Part shown: in pieces, positions 47,141-58,115 of the stretch | Position numbering within the stretch: position 1 is the first letter of the stretch | How the letters are laid out: each line of letters opens with the position of its first letter | From: an uncultured virus (IMG/VR IMGVR_UViG_3300009408_000009) | Taxonomy: Duplodnaviria > Heunggongvirae > Uroviricota > Caudoviricetes | Direction: 5' to 3' (one strand) | Virus record (IMG/VR): IMGVR_UViG_3300009408_000009 | DNA length: 60,405 bases | Made by a program: the position numbers and the translations under genes | Notes under the pieces: model-generated | What the model was told of the DNA's origin: nothing | The model's database searches: none | What the model saw: the letters and a program-made list of their open reading frames with translations, nothing else

Positions 47141-47241
47141 TGAAAGTAACCATAGTTTATATTATTTTATTAAACTTTATTATATTAAATGTAAAAGAAC
47201 ATGATACTATTTGATTATCTTTTTAACATTTATTAAACTCA

Positions 47242-47430
47242 TTATACCACTATTATTTTAGGGTCTCTTAAAGCTGAATTAGGGTCAACAATTATTCTTA
47301 CATTATAGTTTTTCATTCCCTCTTGCAAATATAATATAAAATCATTCTTCCTTTTTTCATATTCTCTTTTTTGCTCGATTAGAGTTAATTCTTCGTCTGA
47401 AAATTCTTTTTTTTCTACTGTTTTTTTCAT
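47242..47430 (-). CDS. Hypothetical protein
   Basis: 62-aa ORF. Confidence 0.55.
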   Translation of the reverse strand: MKKTVEKKEFSDEELTLIEQKREYEKRKNDFILYLQEGMKNYNVRIIVDPNSALRDPKIIVV

Positions 47431-47481
47431 TTTTATATATTTAGATTAATATTCTTAAATTATTAGTATTGTCGCATTTAA

Positions 47482-47970
47482 TTACTGTAAAGTTAAACTT
47501 ACTATACTACTATATCCTGATGTATTCCCTGCTGCATCAAATGCATTTACTCTATAGCTAACATAATCACCTACAGTTCCAGCTGCAGCGTCATAAAAAG
47601 AATTACCAGAAGGAGAACTTCTAAGTATCCAAGCACCACTGCCTATTTTTCGTTCTACATTGTAGCCCGTAACTGCTACATTATCAGTAGATGCGATCCA
47701 ATCTATTTGTACTTTAGTAAGACCTGGTATTTGAGATGCTGATAATCCAGTAGGTATGCTAGGAGCTATAGTATCTGATGGTGGTGGTGGTGGTGTATTT
47801 ACGTAACCTCTAAAATTTGTTAATCTATCTTTTACCCCTACATAAGTAGCATCAAAAGTACCTGTTGCATCTATAAAAGATTGAGATTGACTTCTTCCAC
47901 TAGTATTAGAAGTACCATATATTTCTAAAGTTACATCTGAAAACTTTATTGGTAACGTTGTTGCTATCAT
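47482..47970 (-). CDS. Fibronectin type III domain protein (fibre-associated)
   Basis: DTIAPSIPTGL...WIASTDNVAVTGYNV...YRVNAFDAAGN. Confidence 0.8.
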   Translation of the reverse strand: MIATTLPIKFSDVTLEIYGTSNTSGRSQSQSFIDATGTFDATYVGVKDRLTNFRGYVNTPPPPPSDTIAPSIPTGLSASQIPGLTKVQIDWIASTDNVAVTGYNVERKIGSGAWILRSSPSGNSFYDAAAGTVGDYVSYRVNAFDAAGNTSGYSSIVSLTLQ

Positions 47971-50900
47971 AATTCTAATTTATTCATTATTAAATTTAGC
48001 TTATGTCTTAATTCTAAGTTTTCTTCTTTTAATTGTGCTATTTCAGCAGAATGTAAATCAATATAACTTACAGATTTTATACCTTCAGAATTAGTTCTTA
48101 CAAATTCAGGATTAGCTTTTTCTAATTCTTGAGCTATTACACCAACTCTTAATTGTTTGTTTTTATCAGAGATGAATCTAAATGTTTTATAGTGGGTATC
48201 AATTTTCTTAGATTTAAAAGGTTTAATATCAGTTTTTAATCTTTCATCTGAAGTACCTATAAAATCCGTTGCTGTAACTGTGCCACTAGCAACAATATTC
48301 TTTGCGTACCAATCTACTGTTGAGAGGTTAGAGTTTCCTGCATTATATATTGTATGCCATGTTTTACCATTCATACTTCTTACAGAAAAAGCTCCTGTAT
48401 CATTATTACCATATGCAAATTGAACTCCCCGATTTATAACATCACCACCTGCAACATTCCATACATGTCCATCAGCAATAGTAGAGGGTTTATTAGTTGC
48501 AGATGATTGAAAAAATCTTGATTCCCCAATAATTGATACAGTATTTAAATCTAAAGAAGCTTCATATGCACTACCATTACTCATTGAGTTACCAAAGTTA
48601 GTAGGTCTTGGCTTGCCATTCCAATTGGTACTATCTACAGCTTTTGCAGAGATGCCTAAGTATTTAGAAGCTAAAGACACATTGTTTTCATATAAAGTTA
48701 CACCATATATAGTATTGAAATTCCATGATGAAGTACCTAAAGAGCTTGAGCCTCCCGATGTGGATGGGATAATTCCATTTACGGTTGTTCTTAACCAATC
48801 AGTCGTAGAACCACCTTTCCCTATGAATTGAGAATATGATGCTGACTTATTATACCTTACTACTTCATTTGCACCATTATCTGTGTCTAAAGATCCATAT
48901 AGGTAAGCATTACCCGTTCTTGCATCCACGGAAAAAGCAGGATTCCCTTGACCTACAGTTCCTGCAAAAGTGGAGCTTACTGAAAATCCATACCAAGTAC
49001 TTATATCTATGTTGTTTATTTTTCCTAGGCCTGCAAAATCAGCTCCGCCTGTTATTTGAGCTCCACTTATTAAAGTTGTTGGGGTGGATGCATTACTAAC
49101 AAAACCAAAACCCATTGCGCTCTGTCCTTGTATATTACCATACAATAAAGAGGAAAAATTATCATTTACATCACTTCTCAAAAACTGGCTACTATCAATT
49201 CCATCTAATAAATTACTATCTGATGCTTTTGCAGATATGCCTAAATATTTAGAAGATAATAATGTTCCCCCTTCTGAAATAGTGCCTGATGCAACAATAT
49301 TCTTTGCGTACCAATCTACTGTTGAGAGGTTTGAGTTGCCTGCGTGGAAGATGGTATTATTATCCCAAAAGAAAGAGCCATCTCCACTAAAGTTTAATAA
49401 TTTAAAACCTCCTGCACCATTCCAAACTCTTAGATTTGCTGTAGATACATTTGTACCATTACCACCATTTGGATAATAATGGTCATATACATTTGTCGCA
49501 TTATACATATAACGATAAAAATGTTGTGGTAAAGTTGAAGCTGTACCACTAATATCTACATCCCCTGTAAAAGTTTGTTTGGAAGTAAAAGTTTGAGCCG
49601 AAGCTAATTTTGCAAATGCGGTACTATCAATTCCATCTAGTAAATTACTATCTGATGCTTTTGCAGAGATACCAAGATATAATCCTGCGTGGTCGCCCCA
49701 ACTATATGCAGTATTCCAATTAGTACTATTGCCTCCTGTTGCTGTTATTATACCATTTACATCTATTCTTTCATTGACTCCACCTGTGTAAAAAATAAGG
49801 GGTGTAGTACCTTCAGTCATTACTCCTGCATATCCAGCACCAGAACGCAAGACAATAGAGTCTGTATTAGTAACTCTAAAATTACCACCTTCAACATGTA
49901 ACTTTTCTGATGGACTACTAGTTCCAATTCCAACGTTGCCAGTTGATTTTACATAAATAGTATTTGTCGGAGTGGAGGGTTCAATTTGAAAAGGATTTGT
50001 AGTATGAGTAACATCACGAACTGTAAAACCATCATTTGTGCCCTGGACATAATTTCTCCATACTTGAGCATCATTTGACATTCTAAAACCTGCTTCTGAA
50101 TTTATATCTGTACTCTTTGCTTCTATATCTATGCCAGAAGCCCCCACGACGTTAAGTTTATATAACGGATTCGTCGTCCCGATGCCGACGTTACCATTTG
50201 CTGTAATTCTCATCTTTTCAGACAATACAGCGTTATTAGACGTTCTAAAAGCTAGAAACCCATCATCGGGAGACCAAGCTTCAACTCCACCTTTTATTTG
50301 TGCATAATTAATATTAAAAGTTCCATCATTTCCTTTAAATAATATTCCCGCGTATGTTGCATCAACTCCTGCTGGAAACTTTAAAGTAAATCCATCAGAA
50401 TTATTAGTTGGAGAAATAGATTCAACAGATACAAATGAAGGCGTCCCTAATGTTGTTACATCTTGATTTATGAAACTATGATCAGAACCATCATTTGAAA
50501 TATGAGTAAATGCAGTATTCCAATTAGTACTATTGCCTCCTGTTGCTGTTATTATACCATTTACATCTAGTGGTGTTGTTGGGGTTATCGTTCCAATTCC
50601 GACGTTTCCAAATGTATTATAAACATTAGTTCCATCACTTTGCCATCTTCCGTTATAATCTAATGCGTTTAGGTGATAATATTCTGAAGAAGTACCCCCT
50701 TGTAAACCTGTGGTATTGTTGTGTGAAACTGTAGAACCAAATTCTACCCATGCAGTTCCGTTGTAGGTATAATTTGTGTTTAGATTTTCATCCCAAAGAG
50801 TAAAACCTTTATTAGGCACAAATTCTACCCAAGCTCCACTATTCCACTCATATATGCTGTTTGCATTAAATGTAATAGCTGTAGATATAGACCCTAATCC

Positions 50901-51740
50901 TGTTGTATTATTTATGTACCTGTCTCCTTCAGCGGGTGTTAAAGGTTCTGCGATTGCAAAATTTAATTGATTTAAGATGCTATCTTGCCAATCTAAACCA
51001 GCAATAGCTGAATTCATTTGGTCTAACCTTACTAAATGATTATTAGCCGTGGCATTGTTATTACTAATAACATTGGCAAAAGTAGGCGTTGCAGAAATTG
51101 TTACATCTTGATTTATGAAACTATGGTCTGAACCATCATTTGAAACATGCGTAAATGCAGCATTCCAATTAGTACTATTACCTCCTGTTGCTGTTATTGC
51201 CCCGTTAATATCTAATTTGGTTGCTGGAGTGGTTGTTCCAATTCCAACATTACCGCCACTATAATTTATTCCACCAGTTGCGTTGTCCCACTGAGAATAT
51301 AAATTAGCACCCTCTGTTAAATTATCCGTTGTTTTTGTGGCTAATTGAGTATCCCATAAACTGTTAAAATCAGTTATTCCGTATCCTCCAATAGTTGTAG
51401 GTTTACTTTGTAAATCTGAAAATAATCTAGTTGTTAATTGGTTTAGATTTGTTATGGGTATTTGATAATCAGTTCCCGCTATTGCTGTACTAATATTTCC
51501 TAGGCCATCTGCTTTAACTAAACCATTAATAGCACCTACAATAGGGTCGGTTTCTGTAACAGATGTTAAATATCCTGCTGTTGAGTGATTACCCCAACTA
51601 TATGCAGTATTCCAATTAGTACTACTACCACTTAATGCTGTTATTGGCCCACTGACGTTATTGCTGCCTGATATAACTAAATTAACTCCGATTTCTACGT
51701 GAGTAGAATCTTCGACTATTTGACTTTTATATTTGCTCAT
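47967..51740 (-). CDS. Tail fibre with C-terminal intramolecular chaperone (peptidase S74)
   Basis: GNVGIGT repeats; SDERLKTDI; GVIAQEL; C-terminal coiled coil. Confidence 0.85.
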   Translation of the reverse strand: MSKYKSQIVEDSTHVEIGVNLVISGSNNVSGPITALSGSSTNWNTAYSWGNHSTAGYLTSVTETDPIVGAINGLVKADGLGNISTAIAGTDYQIPITNLNQLTTRLFSDLQSKPTTIGGYGITDFNSLWDTQLATKTTDNLTEGANLYSQWDNATGGINYSGGNVGIGTTTPATKLDINGAITATGGNSTNWNAAFTHVSNDGSDHSFINQDVTISATPTFANVISNNNATANNHLVRLDQMNSAIAGLDWQDSILNQLNFAIAEPLTPAEGDRYINNTTGLGSISTAITFNANSIYEWNSGAWVEFVPNKGFTLWDENLNTNYTYNGTAWVEFGSTVSHNNTTGLQGGTSSEYYHLNALDYNGRWQSDGTNVYNTFGNVGIGTITPTTPLDVNGIITATGGNSTNWNTAFTHISNDGSDHSFINQDVTTLGTPSFVSVESISPTNNSDGFTLKFPAGVDATYAGILFKGNDGTFNINYAQIKGGVEAWSPDDGFLAFRTSNNAVLSEKMRITANGNVGIGTTNPLYKLNVVGASGIDIEAKSTDINSEAGFRMSNDAQVWRNYVQGTNDGFTVRDVTHTTNPFQIEPSTPTNTIYVKSTGNVGIGTSSPSEKLHVEGGNFRVTNTDSIVLRSGAGYAGVMTEGTTPLIFYTGGVNERIDVNGIITATGGNSTNWNTAYSWGDHAGLYLGISAKASDSNLLDGIDSTAFAKLASAQTFTSKQTFTGDVDISGTASTLPQHFYRYMYNATNVYDHYYPNGGNGTNVSTANLRVWNGAGGFKLLNFSGDGSFFWDNNTIFHAGNSNLSTVDWYAKNIVASGTISEGGTLLSSKYLGISAKASDSNLLDGIDSSQFLRSDVNDNFSSLLYGNIQGQSAMGFGFVSNASTPTTLISGAQITGGADFAGLGKINNIDISTWYGFSVSSTFAGTVGQGNPAFSVDARTGNAYLYGSLDTDNGANEVVRYNKSASYSQFIGKGGSTTDWLRTTVNGIIPSTSGGSSSLGTSSWNFNTIYGVTLYENNVSLASKYLGISAKAVDSTNWNGKPRPTNFGNSMSNGSAYEASLDLNTVSIIGESRFFQSSATNKPSTIADGHVWNVAGGDVINRGVQFAYGNNDTGAFSVRSMNGKTWHTIYNAGNSNLSTVDWYAKNIVASGTVTATDFIGTSDERLKTDIKPFKSKKIDTHYKTFRFISDKNKQLRVGVIAQELEKANPEFVRTNSEGIKSVSYIDLHSAEIAQLKEENLELRHKLNLIMNKLEL

Positions 51741-51743
51741 ATC

Positions 51744-52046
51744 TTAAATTATCACAGCGAACTTATGATTTGGAGTTACTGGTTTAATCTCATATTGCGC
51801 CCATTCTTTTGGTTGTGAGGTTTTCCACATAACATCTACGTTATAAGTAGTGCCTTTTTTTATTAATACTTGTTTATCGGTTTTTGGGTCATAAGAGAAT
51901 TTATCTTCAAACCCCCATGCGTTTATCCCATTAGTTAATTCTGTTACTGTAATATCTTTAAAAGATAAACTACTACCTTTTGGTATTAATGTTTCTAACA
52001 ACTGTTTAGCTGTTACTTCGTCTGGAAATGAATATCTATTTATCAT
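51744..52046 (-). CDS. Hypothetical fibre-associated protein
   Basis: VDVMW...W..YEI.P.TPNHKFA motif. Confidence 0.6.
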   Translation of the reverse strand: MINRYSFPDEVTAKQLLETLIPKGSSLSFKDITVTELTNGINAWGFEDKFSYDPKTDKQVLIKKGTTYNVDVMWKTSQPKEWAQYEIKPVTPNHKFAVII

Positions 52047-53893
52047 AACATTATAATTTTATTAAATCTTCCATTAGGAATCTGATATGTTCCTGGTATA
52101 GTTGTTATAGGAGCTTGGTCTATATTATTTATTGTTTCAATGATACTTGTTACTCCTACTGGTGGTGTTACTGTAACAACATCCGCTACCCTTGTTACTG
52201 TTGTGCCTAAGGTCTTTATGTATGAGGTGGCTGATGTGCCTAATTCTATTTGTGCACCATATAAATATATACCCTTTATTCCATCACTTATATAATTAGG
52301 CATTATTGTATTACCGTTATATGTGAATGAATTATCTTCAAAACCCCCTATATTTAAATTATTTGGATAATGTGTTGCTGGATTTGTTATTGTAAAAGTT
52401 ATATATTTCCAACCATTAATCAATGAGGTAAATATATAAGAATAAGTACTACTAGATACGGAAGATGAAAATAAACTACCATCTGTTAAGTCTATTATTA
52501 TACCAATACCACTTGAATTAGATGCGTGTAGAAATGAACAAGCAACATATTTCTGTCCTCCCTCTTTAACAAAAAAAGAAGCTGTTGCAGATAAATCTGT
52601 TGTATTAGAAAAAGACCGTACTAAATGATGTCTTTCTAATGTTGTAGATGATATTATTTTATCCGCCGTTAAATTACCATCTGGTGATATAATATTATTT
52701 GCAGTTACACTAACACTCCCAATATGATTCCAAGCAGTAACATTATCAAACTCCTCACTTCTTAAAGCTAAATTAGTACTTTGACCTTCTACTAATATCT
52801 CTGGAAAACCATTTGTGTAATCAAAGCGTATTACGTCATTAGCCTCTGTTACTAATATTCCATCACTATTAATTCTAGTTGCTATTGAAGCTCTTGATAC
52901 TGTGAAGTCGCCTGTTCTATCTGGCGGTAATATACTATATAATTTAGATAATTTTTCTGCGCTTGGTATTGTTAATAAACTTGGATATATATTTTGTTGT
53001 TTAATAGCAGCATATTCATATCCCGCTGAATTAGGATAATAAGTAGCTCCATCATTTATAACGGTATCCCTGTAATTTGCAATATATGATTCTCCAAATG
53101 AAATATTTCTTTGTGATATTATTAATGTAGATTGTGGTGAAATTTGTTGTAGTGTTACAAATTCAGTAAAATTTACTGCATCTTGTCCAGATTGAGGTAC
53201 ACTAAAATTATTATCAACATCATTATAGGCTAAATTATCTGTAATACCATATCCTGAAATAGTTGTAGGAGTAGTAACTAAATCAATAAAATCTATTTGA
53301 TGGGGGTTACCTGTTATAAGTTGTGAATGAGTATAGGCAGTATTCCAATTCGTTGAGTTACCACCTGTTGCTGTTATTATACCTGCTGTAAATGGATTAC
53401 TAGAATTATCTAAAGCATAACCTAAATCTACCCAATTAGTGCTATCAAAAGTTATTATTTTATTTAAATTTTCATCCCAAAGAGTGTAATTTTTTCTAGG
53501 TACAAATTCTACCCAAGCTCCAATATTCCATTCATATATACTATTTGCATTAAAAGTAATAGAATTAGATATAGACCCTGTTCCTGTTGCAGTGTTTATA
53601 TATCTAACTCCTTCATAAGGTGTTGTAGGCTCAGAAGTAGTAAAATTTAATTGACTTATAATATTATTCTGCCAATTTGAAAATACGACATTAATATTAT
53701 TATTTACATAATTCATAAAATTTGATAATGTCTGCCTTTCTAATATTTTTGTTATATTATTTTCTATCAATATTTCATCTGCATCTACTGCTGTACCAAT
53801 TTTAGCAGTTAAATTTTGAGCATCAACAGCATCGTTAATTATAGAATTTATTGCTAAAGTGTTAGCTGCTACTTTTTCTGATAATATACTCAT
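52043..53893 (-). CDS. Spike/fibre protein with carbohydrate-binding-like domain
   Basis: SRASIATRIN...LVEGQSTNL...GAQIELGTSATSYIKT; shares modules with the tail fibre. Confidence 0.7.
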   Translation of the reverse strand: MSILSEKVAANTLAINSIINDAVDAQNLTAKIGTAVDADEILIENNITKILERQTLSNFMNYVNNNINVVFSNWQNNIISQLNFTTSEPTTPYEGVRYINTATGTGSISNSITFNANSIYEWNIGAWVEFVPRKNYTLWDENLNKIITFDSTNWVDLGYALDNSSNPFTAGIITATGGNSTNWNTAYTHSQLITGNPHQIDFIDLVTTPTTISGYGITDNLAYNDVDNNFSVPQSGQDAVNFTEFVTLQQISPQSTLIISQRNISFGESYIANYRDTVINDGATYYPNSAGYEYAAIKQQNIYPSLLTIPSAEKLSKLYSILPPDRTGDFTVSRASIATRINSDGILVTEANDVIRFDYTNGFPEILVEGQSTNLALRSEEFDNVTAWNHIGSVSVTANNIISPDGNLTADKIISSTTLERHHLVRSFSNTTDLSATASFFVKEGGQKYVACSFLHASNSSGIGIIIDLTDGSLFSSSVSSSTYSYIFTSLINGWKYITFTITNPATHYPNNLNIGGFEDNSFTYNGNTIMPNYISDGIKGIYLYGAQIELGTSATSYIKTLGTTVTRVADVVTVTPPVGVTSIIETINNIDQAPITTIPGTYQIPNGRFNKIIML

Positions 53894-55884
53894 AATTTTA
53901 AATATTTATTATTAGTTTGTATTAAAGCAGGTATATCTTGCTTTTGTCCAACATATTCTATAACTCCTTCTGAATTATATGAAAAATTAGATTTAATCAT
54001 ATCTACAGATACTGTATTCATATTTGTATTTTCTATATTATTTATCTTAATTTCACTAAACTTAGCATACCCAACACCATTTATTAATACAAATTTATGT
54101 GATAAAGCATAAGCTAATTTTTTAGCTCTTTCATTTTCTAATATAGAAAATGAAATTGATATTCCTTCATGTATTGTGTCATATATTAAAATAGCAGAAT
54201 TATCAGTAACTATATTTTTAAAATCATCATTTAATAATATTTTAATAGAATCAAATTCCACATATAGTATATTTTTAATTCCTGTAGAATAATATATATT
54301 TGAATTAGTATCATTATAATATTCTATTTTTAAAGCATTCTTTTGTACTGATTTTATATCTATATTATCAGATTTAAATAATTTATCTACCCAAGATGAA
54401 TGAATGGTATCTGATATAGCTAATTCTATTCTAAATACACCTGTTAATGTTGTAAAATTAGCAATATATTCATATACTTCATAATTTTGTATATTATAAA
54501 CTGATGATACTATTGCTGCTGTTGGCTGACCAGTATATAATTTATCTATTATTATTGAATTTTTTTTGATTACATCATCATAAATAATATCTTTAATCTC
54601 AAATAAAACAGAATCTAAATATAAAAGTTGTCCTATAATTCCAAATTCAGGTATTCCACCATCTAAAATATATGTGCCAGTTATAGCACTTGTATTAAAA
54701 TCATATGTATTTCCACTTGTAAAATATATTCCTGTTTGTGTTCCATTATAATTATAATAAAAAGCATCTCTTTTATCCTCCCTACCTATATTAGTTGTTT
54801 TTTTAACTACTGGCATATTTATTATAGTGCCATCTTCTTTAATTAAACTAGCTAAAAAAGTATTATAACTTGATTGAAATTGTGTAGTAATAGCATTTGA
54901 TGTTAAAAATAATTGTTTATTACTATAAATTAACATATTCCCATTTGTCAAACTATCACATACAGGAGTATTAGTATCAGTAGGAAATATATTTATATTA
55001 TCTATTGTTTCATTTTCGTAATATTGAAATGAATTTTGTGGTGGTATATATGCGTATGCTGATAAAAGATATGAAGAATAACCTATACTTCCAAAAGAAT
55101 CTATTGTATATGTTTTTGAAACAACACATCCATATTGGTCTTTTACATATACTGTATAACTGCCTGGCGTTTGTGATGAAAAAAAGTTATCATTTTGAAA
55201 TGTTATATTATCCAATGAATATTGTAAAGTCAATCCAGAAGATACAAATATAGTAACTGTAGCCCCATTCTGATTTGCAACATATTTTATTTCTATATTC
55301 GATGAAGTAAGTTTACTTGGTAGAGATAAGTTTTTTGTAAATGTAGAAACATTATTTAATGTATTTACAATAATTTGAATATTAGTATCTCTAGCAAAAT
55401 CAAAGCTATAAGTATTTGAATTAATATTAGAAGCTATAACTGGACTAGAAATATTATCTATATTTATATTAGTATTTATGGTAACTTTTATATTATCACA
55501 AACATTTATTAGAGATTGAGAAAATGATGTTGATGTAATATCTATTCCAACAGGTAGATTAGGCAACTGTGTAATAACTATATTTGTACCATCACTAGAA
55601 TTTACTGTAAATATAGTATCATTTGTTAAAGCTTCTATCGTAACTAAATTACCTCCGAAATATTGTATTTTATATAAATTCGTTATACTATAATCAGTAG
55701 TAACAGATTGTACAAAAGATAATGCATCTTGATCTGCTGTTGTTTTTATAGTAACCTCATTAGGTGCATTACGAACACTCCTCCACCCTTCTTGAATTAT
55801 ATTACCATTATTATCACTTATACTAATTAAATCTCCTGGAAATAATACAATGCCAGTAAAAGTAATATTCAATACATCTCTCAT
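53890..55884 (-). CDS. Minor tail/structural protein with an Ig-like/SprB-like repeat
   Basis: YSLDN..FQ..NFF....G.YTVYVKDQYGC. Confidence 0.55.
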   Translation of the reverse strand: MRDVLNITFTGIVLFPGDLISISDNNGNIIQEGWRSVRNAPNEVTIKTTADQDALSFVQSVTTDYSITNLYKIQYFGGNLVTIEALTNDTIFTVNSSDGTNIVITQLPNLPVGIDITSTSFSQSLINVCDNIKVTINTNINIDNISSPVIASNINSNTYSFDFARDTNIQIIVNTLNNVSTFTKNLSLPSKLTSSNIEIKYVANQNGATVTIFVSSGLTLQYSLDNITFQNDNFFSSQTPGSYTVYVKDQYGCVVSKTYTIDSFGSIGYSSYLLSAYAYIPPQNSFQYYENETIDNINIFPTDTNTPVCDSLTNGNMLIYSNKQLFLTSNAITTQFQSSYNTFLASLIKEDGTIINMPVVKKTTNIGREDKRDAFYYNYNGTQTGIYFTSGNTYDFNTSAITGTYILDGGIPEFGIIGQLLYLDSVLFEIKDIIYDDVIKKNSIIIDKLYTGQPTAAIVSSVYNIQNYEVYEYIANFTTLTGVFRIELAISDTIHSSWVDKLFKSDNIDIKSVQKNALKIEYYNDTNSNIYYSTGIKNILYVEFDSIKILLNDDFKNIVTDNSAILIYDTIHEGISISFSILENERAKKLAYALSHKFVLINGVGYAKFSEIKINNIENTNMNTVSVDMIKSNFSYNSEGVIEYVGQKQDIPALIQTNNKYLKL

Positions 55885-55886
55885 AT

Positions 55887-58115
55887 CTAATTATTAATCA
55901 TATATAAAACCCATTTTCCTGTTTTTGGTTCAATAGATTTTATATATCCTGTTTTATGTTTATTATCTCTATCTAAATATTTAACTTTAAAATAGAAATT
56001 AGGTATTTGTGTTAAAACACCATTATAATCTATTTTAGTTGTTTCTTTTATTTTATTTAGTAAAACATCATCTATATTATGATAAAATGATATTTCACTT
56101 GAAATAAATCTAGGTTTTGGTAAATTTCCTATAATAAAACTACCATCTTCCGATATTTCACTTTCATTTGCTAATTTAGTCTTTAATTTACTATTTGACA
56201 AAGAACTTGAATATATTATACTGTCATTTAGATTTTTTTGCAGACAAGCATCAAACCACCAAGCATGTCTAAACATAACATTCGCAGGAGAAAACCATAA
56301 CCCTGTTGCTGTTTCTGGTGAATAAATACCAGTTGGTTTTATCTCAAATCTATCTTGCCAAGTTTTTTGAGTAAATGTATTTCCTTCTTTCTTCATATCC
56401 AATATCCAAATATCAGTATCATATCTAGTATCTGTAGTCCCATATTCTAGTTTATTCTTCATTGTTGCAAATGCTTGTCCATAACTATCAGCTCTAATAA
56501 AAGAAGTTTTATCATATTTAGTCTTTACTTTACTTAATGGTGTTGTATATCTATTTATGGTATTCGGTTCATCTAATCCTTTTGATTCTGCATATAAAGA
56601 AACTGCATCATTTGGCTTTTTATAACCAAATTCTAAAGATGAATAAGATATTGGTAAAATATACTTTATAGAAACATCAGATATCATATCTGGTAAATCA
56701 ATTATAGTTTTTTGCTGATAAAAATATTTTAAATCTTCCATTATTGCAATTTCAGTACCATTTATTATCTTTATACCAAAACCTACATTAAATATATTCA
56801 TTATAGATTCTATCAAATCCTTTGGTGAAATAGTAAATCTTTTATATCTACTATTCTTATCTGATAAATCTTCAAAAAATTGCCTTAACCACATACCACT
56901 TGTTAATCCCATTAATGCTCCATCGCCATCTGATATATATCCTTTTTCAGTTCTACCAAAATATTGAGATTCAAAAGTATTATTTTTATCTGTAATGATT
57001 TCTATCATTTTTTCAATAGCATCATACACATATACAAATTTAGATGCTATATCTACTCTTGTATTATCTTCTGTTATAATACAACTTGTATGATTTGGGT
57101 CAAAAGATAAAGATATTGCTGAACCCTGGAAAGCATCTACACTAAAAGTGTTTATTAAAACACAAAGGCTATCTCCTTTATTTATTGAGTATTTTACATC
57201 ACCTGTATAACTTATAGATGTCGGAACATTTGGAGATGTTAATATAGTACTTCCAAGTTGAGTTATTTTATATGGTGTAAAACTTGCACCATCTTTTAGA
57301 TACATTAAATAAATCGACATACCCATAAATCCAGTTGTATAAAAATCTATTTTAATGTCTAAATCTATATCTAAATCTTGATCTATTGGAGAATCTAAAT
57401 ATATACAATTATCTATTTCAAATGTTTGATTAAGGATTAATTTGTTAGTATTATAAGCTATTTCCATTTGTACTGGACTAGATGCATTATTACCATCTAT
57501 TATAGTAGCTCCAAAAGGAATTGCTATCGTTGAACGGTATAGAGCATTTACAGCACCATTCCAATCTTTATTTGGTAAAAATAATTCAAATTTACTGATA
57601 TATTGTATTGCTCTTGGATGAACAATCATATCATTAATATTTATCTTATCAATTGTTTTCCCTTTTAAATCTGTAGTTCTTTCTATTTCAATATCATCAT
57701 TTCCCCTAGATTCATAATTTTTAGATAATGTGCTTGAACTAAATTTAATTGTAACAAAATGTTCTTCTATTTGTATTGTCGAAAAATCTAAATAACCCCT
57801 ATAAGATTGTTTAAAAGTTGATGTATTTGGATTTTGTAAAGTACTTTTATCTGTTAAAAAAGATTTAGTTAATATTAACTCTGAATTAAGACCTGTTAAA
57901 TCATTTACATTAATAATATAATCTTTTGCTTCATTATAAAATTTTAAATTATTAGAAAATTCTGAAACTATTCCATGATATTTACTATGTCTCTTAAATT
58001 TTAAATTATCCTCATTCCACCCATCTGGTTCTGGAATTTTTAAACTTCCAAAATCTTTATTACTAAATTTGTATTCTACAATATTTTGATATGTATTTCT
58101 ATATGCCATTACCAA
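55887..58115 (-). CDS. Siphovirus-like tail tip protein
   Basis: IPEPDGW N-terminal motif; directly follows a tape measure-like gene. Confidence 0.55.
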   Translation of the reverse strand: MVMAYRNTYQNIVEYKFSNKDFGSLKIPEPDGWNEDNLKFKRHSKYHGIVSEFSNNLKFYNEAKDYIINVNDLTGLNSELILTKSFLTDKSTLQNPNTSTFKQSYRGYLDFSTIQIEEHFVTIKFSSSTLSKNYESRGNDDIEIERTTDLKGKTIDKININDMIVHPRAIQYISKFELFLPNKDWNGAVNALYRSTIAIPFGATIIDGNNASSPVQMEIAYNTNKLILNQTFEIDNCIYLDSPIDQDLDIDLDIKIDFYTTGFMGMSIYLMYLKDGASFTPYKITQLGSTILTSPNVPTSISYTGDVKYSINKGDSLCVLINTFSVDAFQGSAISLSFDPNHTSCIITEDNTRVDIASKFVYVYDAIEKMIEIITDKNNTFESQYFGRTEKGYISDGDGALMGLTSGMWLRQFFEDLSDKNSRYKRFTISPKDLIESIMNIFNVGFGIKIINGTEIAIMEDLKYFYQQKTIIDLPDMISDVSIKYILPISYSSLEFGYKKPNDAVSLYAESKGLDEPNTINRYTTPLSKVKTKYDKTSFIRADSYGQAFATMKNKLEYGTTDTRYDTDIWILDMKKEGNTFTQKTWQDRFEIKPTGIYSPETATGLWFSPANVMFRHAWWFDACLQKNLNDSIIYSSSLSNSKLKTKLANESEISEDGSFIIGNLPKPRFISSEISFYHNIDDVLLNKIKETTKIDYNGVLTQIPNFYFKVKYLDRDNKHKTGYIKSIEPKTGKWVLYMINN

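Larger units (their letters stand above)
45628..47212 (-). mobile_element. Non-autonomous TnpB element (IS607-like) carrying an RHH gene instead of a transposase
   Basis: Ends defined by identity to 9506-9610; subterminal inverted repeat 45672-45691 / 47156-47175; exact termini uncertain. Confidence 0.7.

Noticed and set aside
47967..53893. Diversity-generating retroelement TR/VR pair
   Set aside because: No reverse transcriptase in the window; repeat differences are not clearly adenine-specific.
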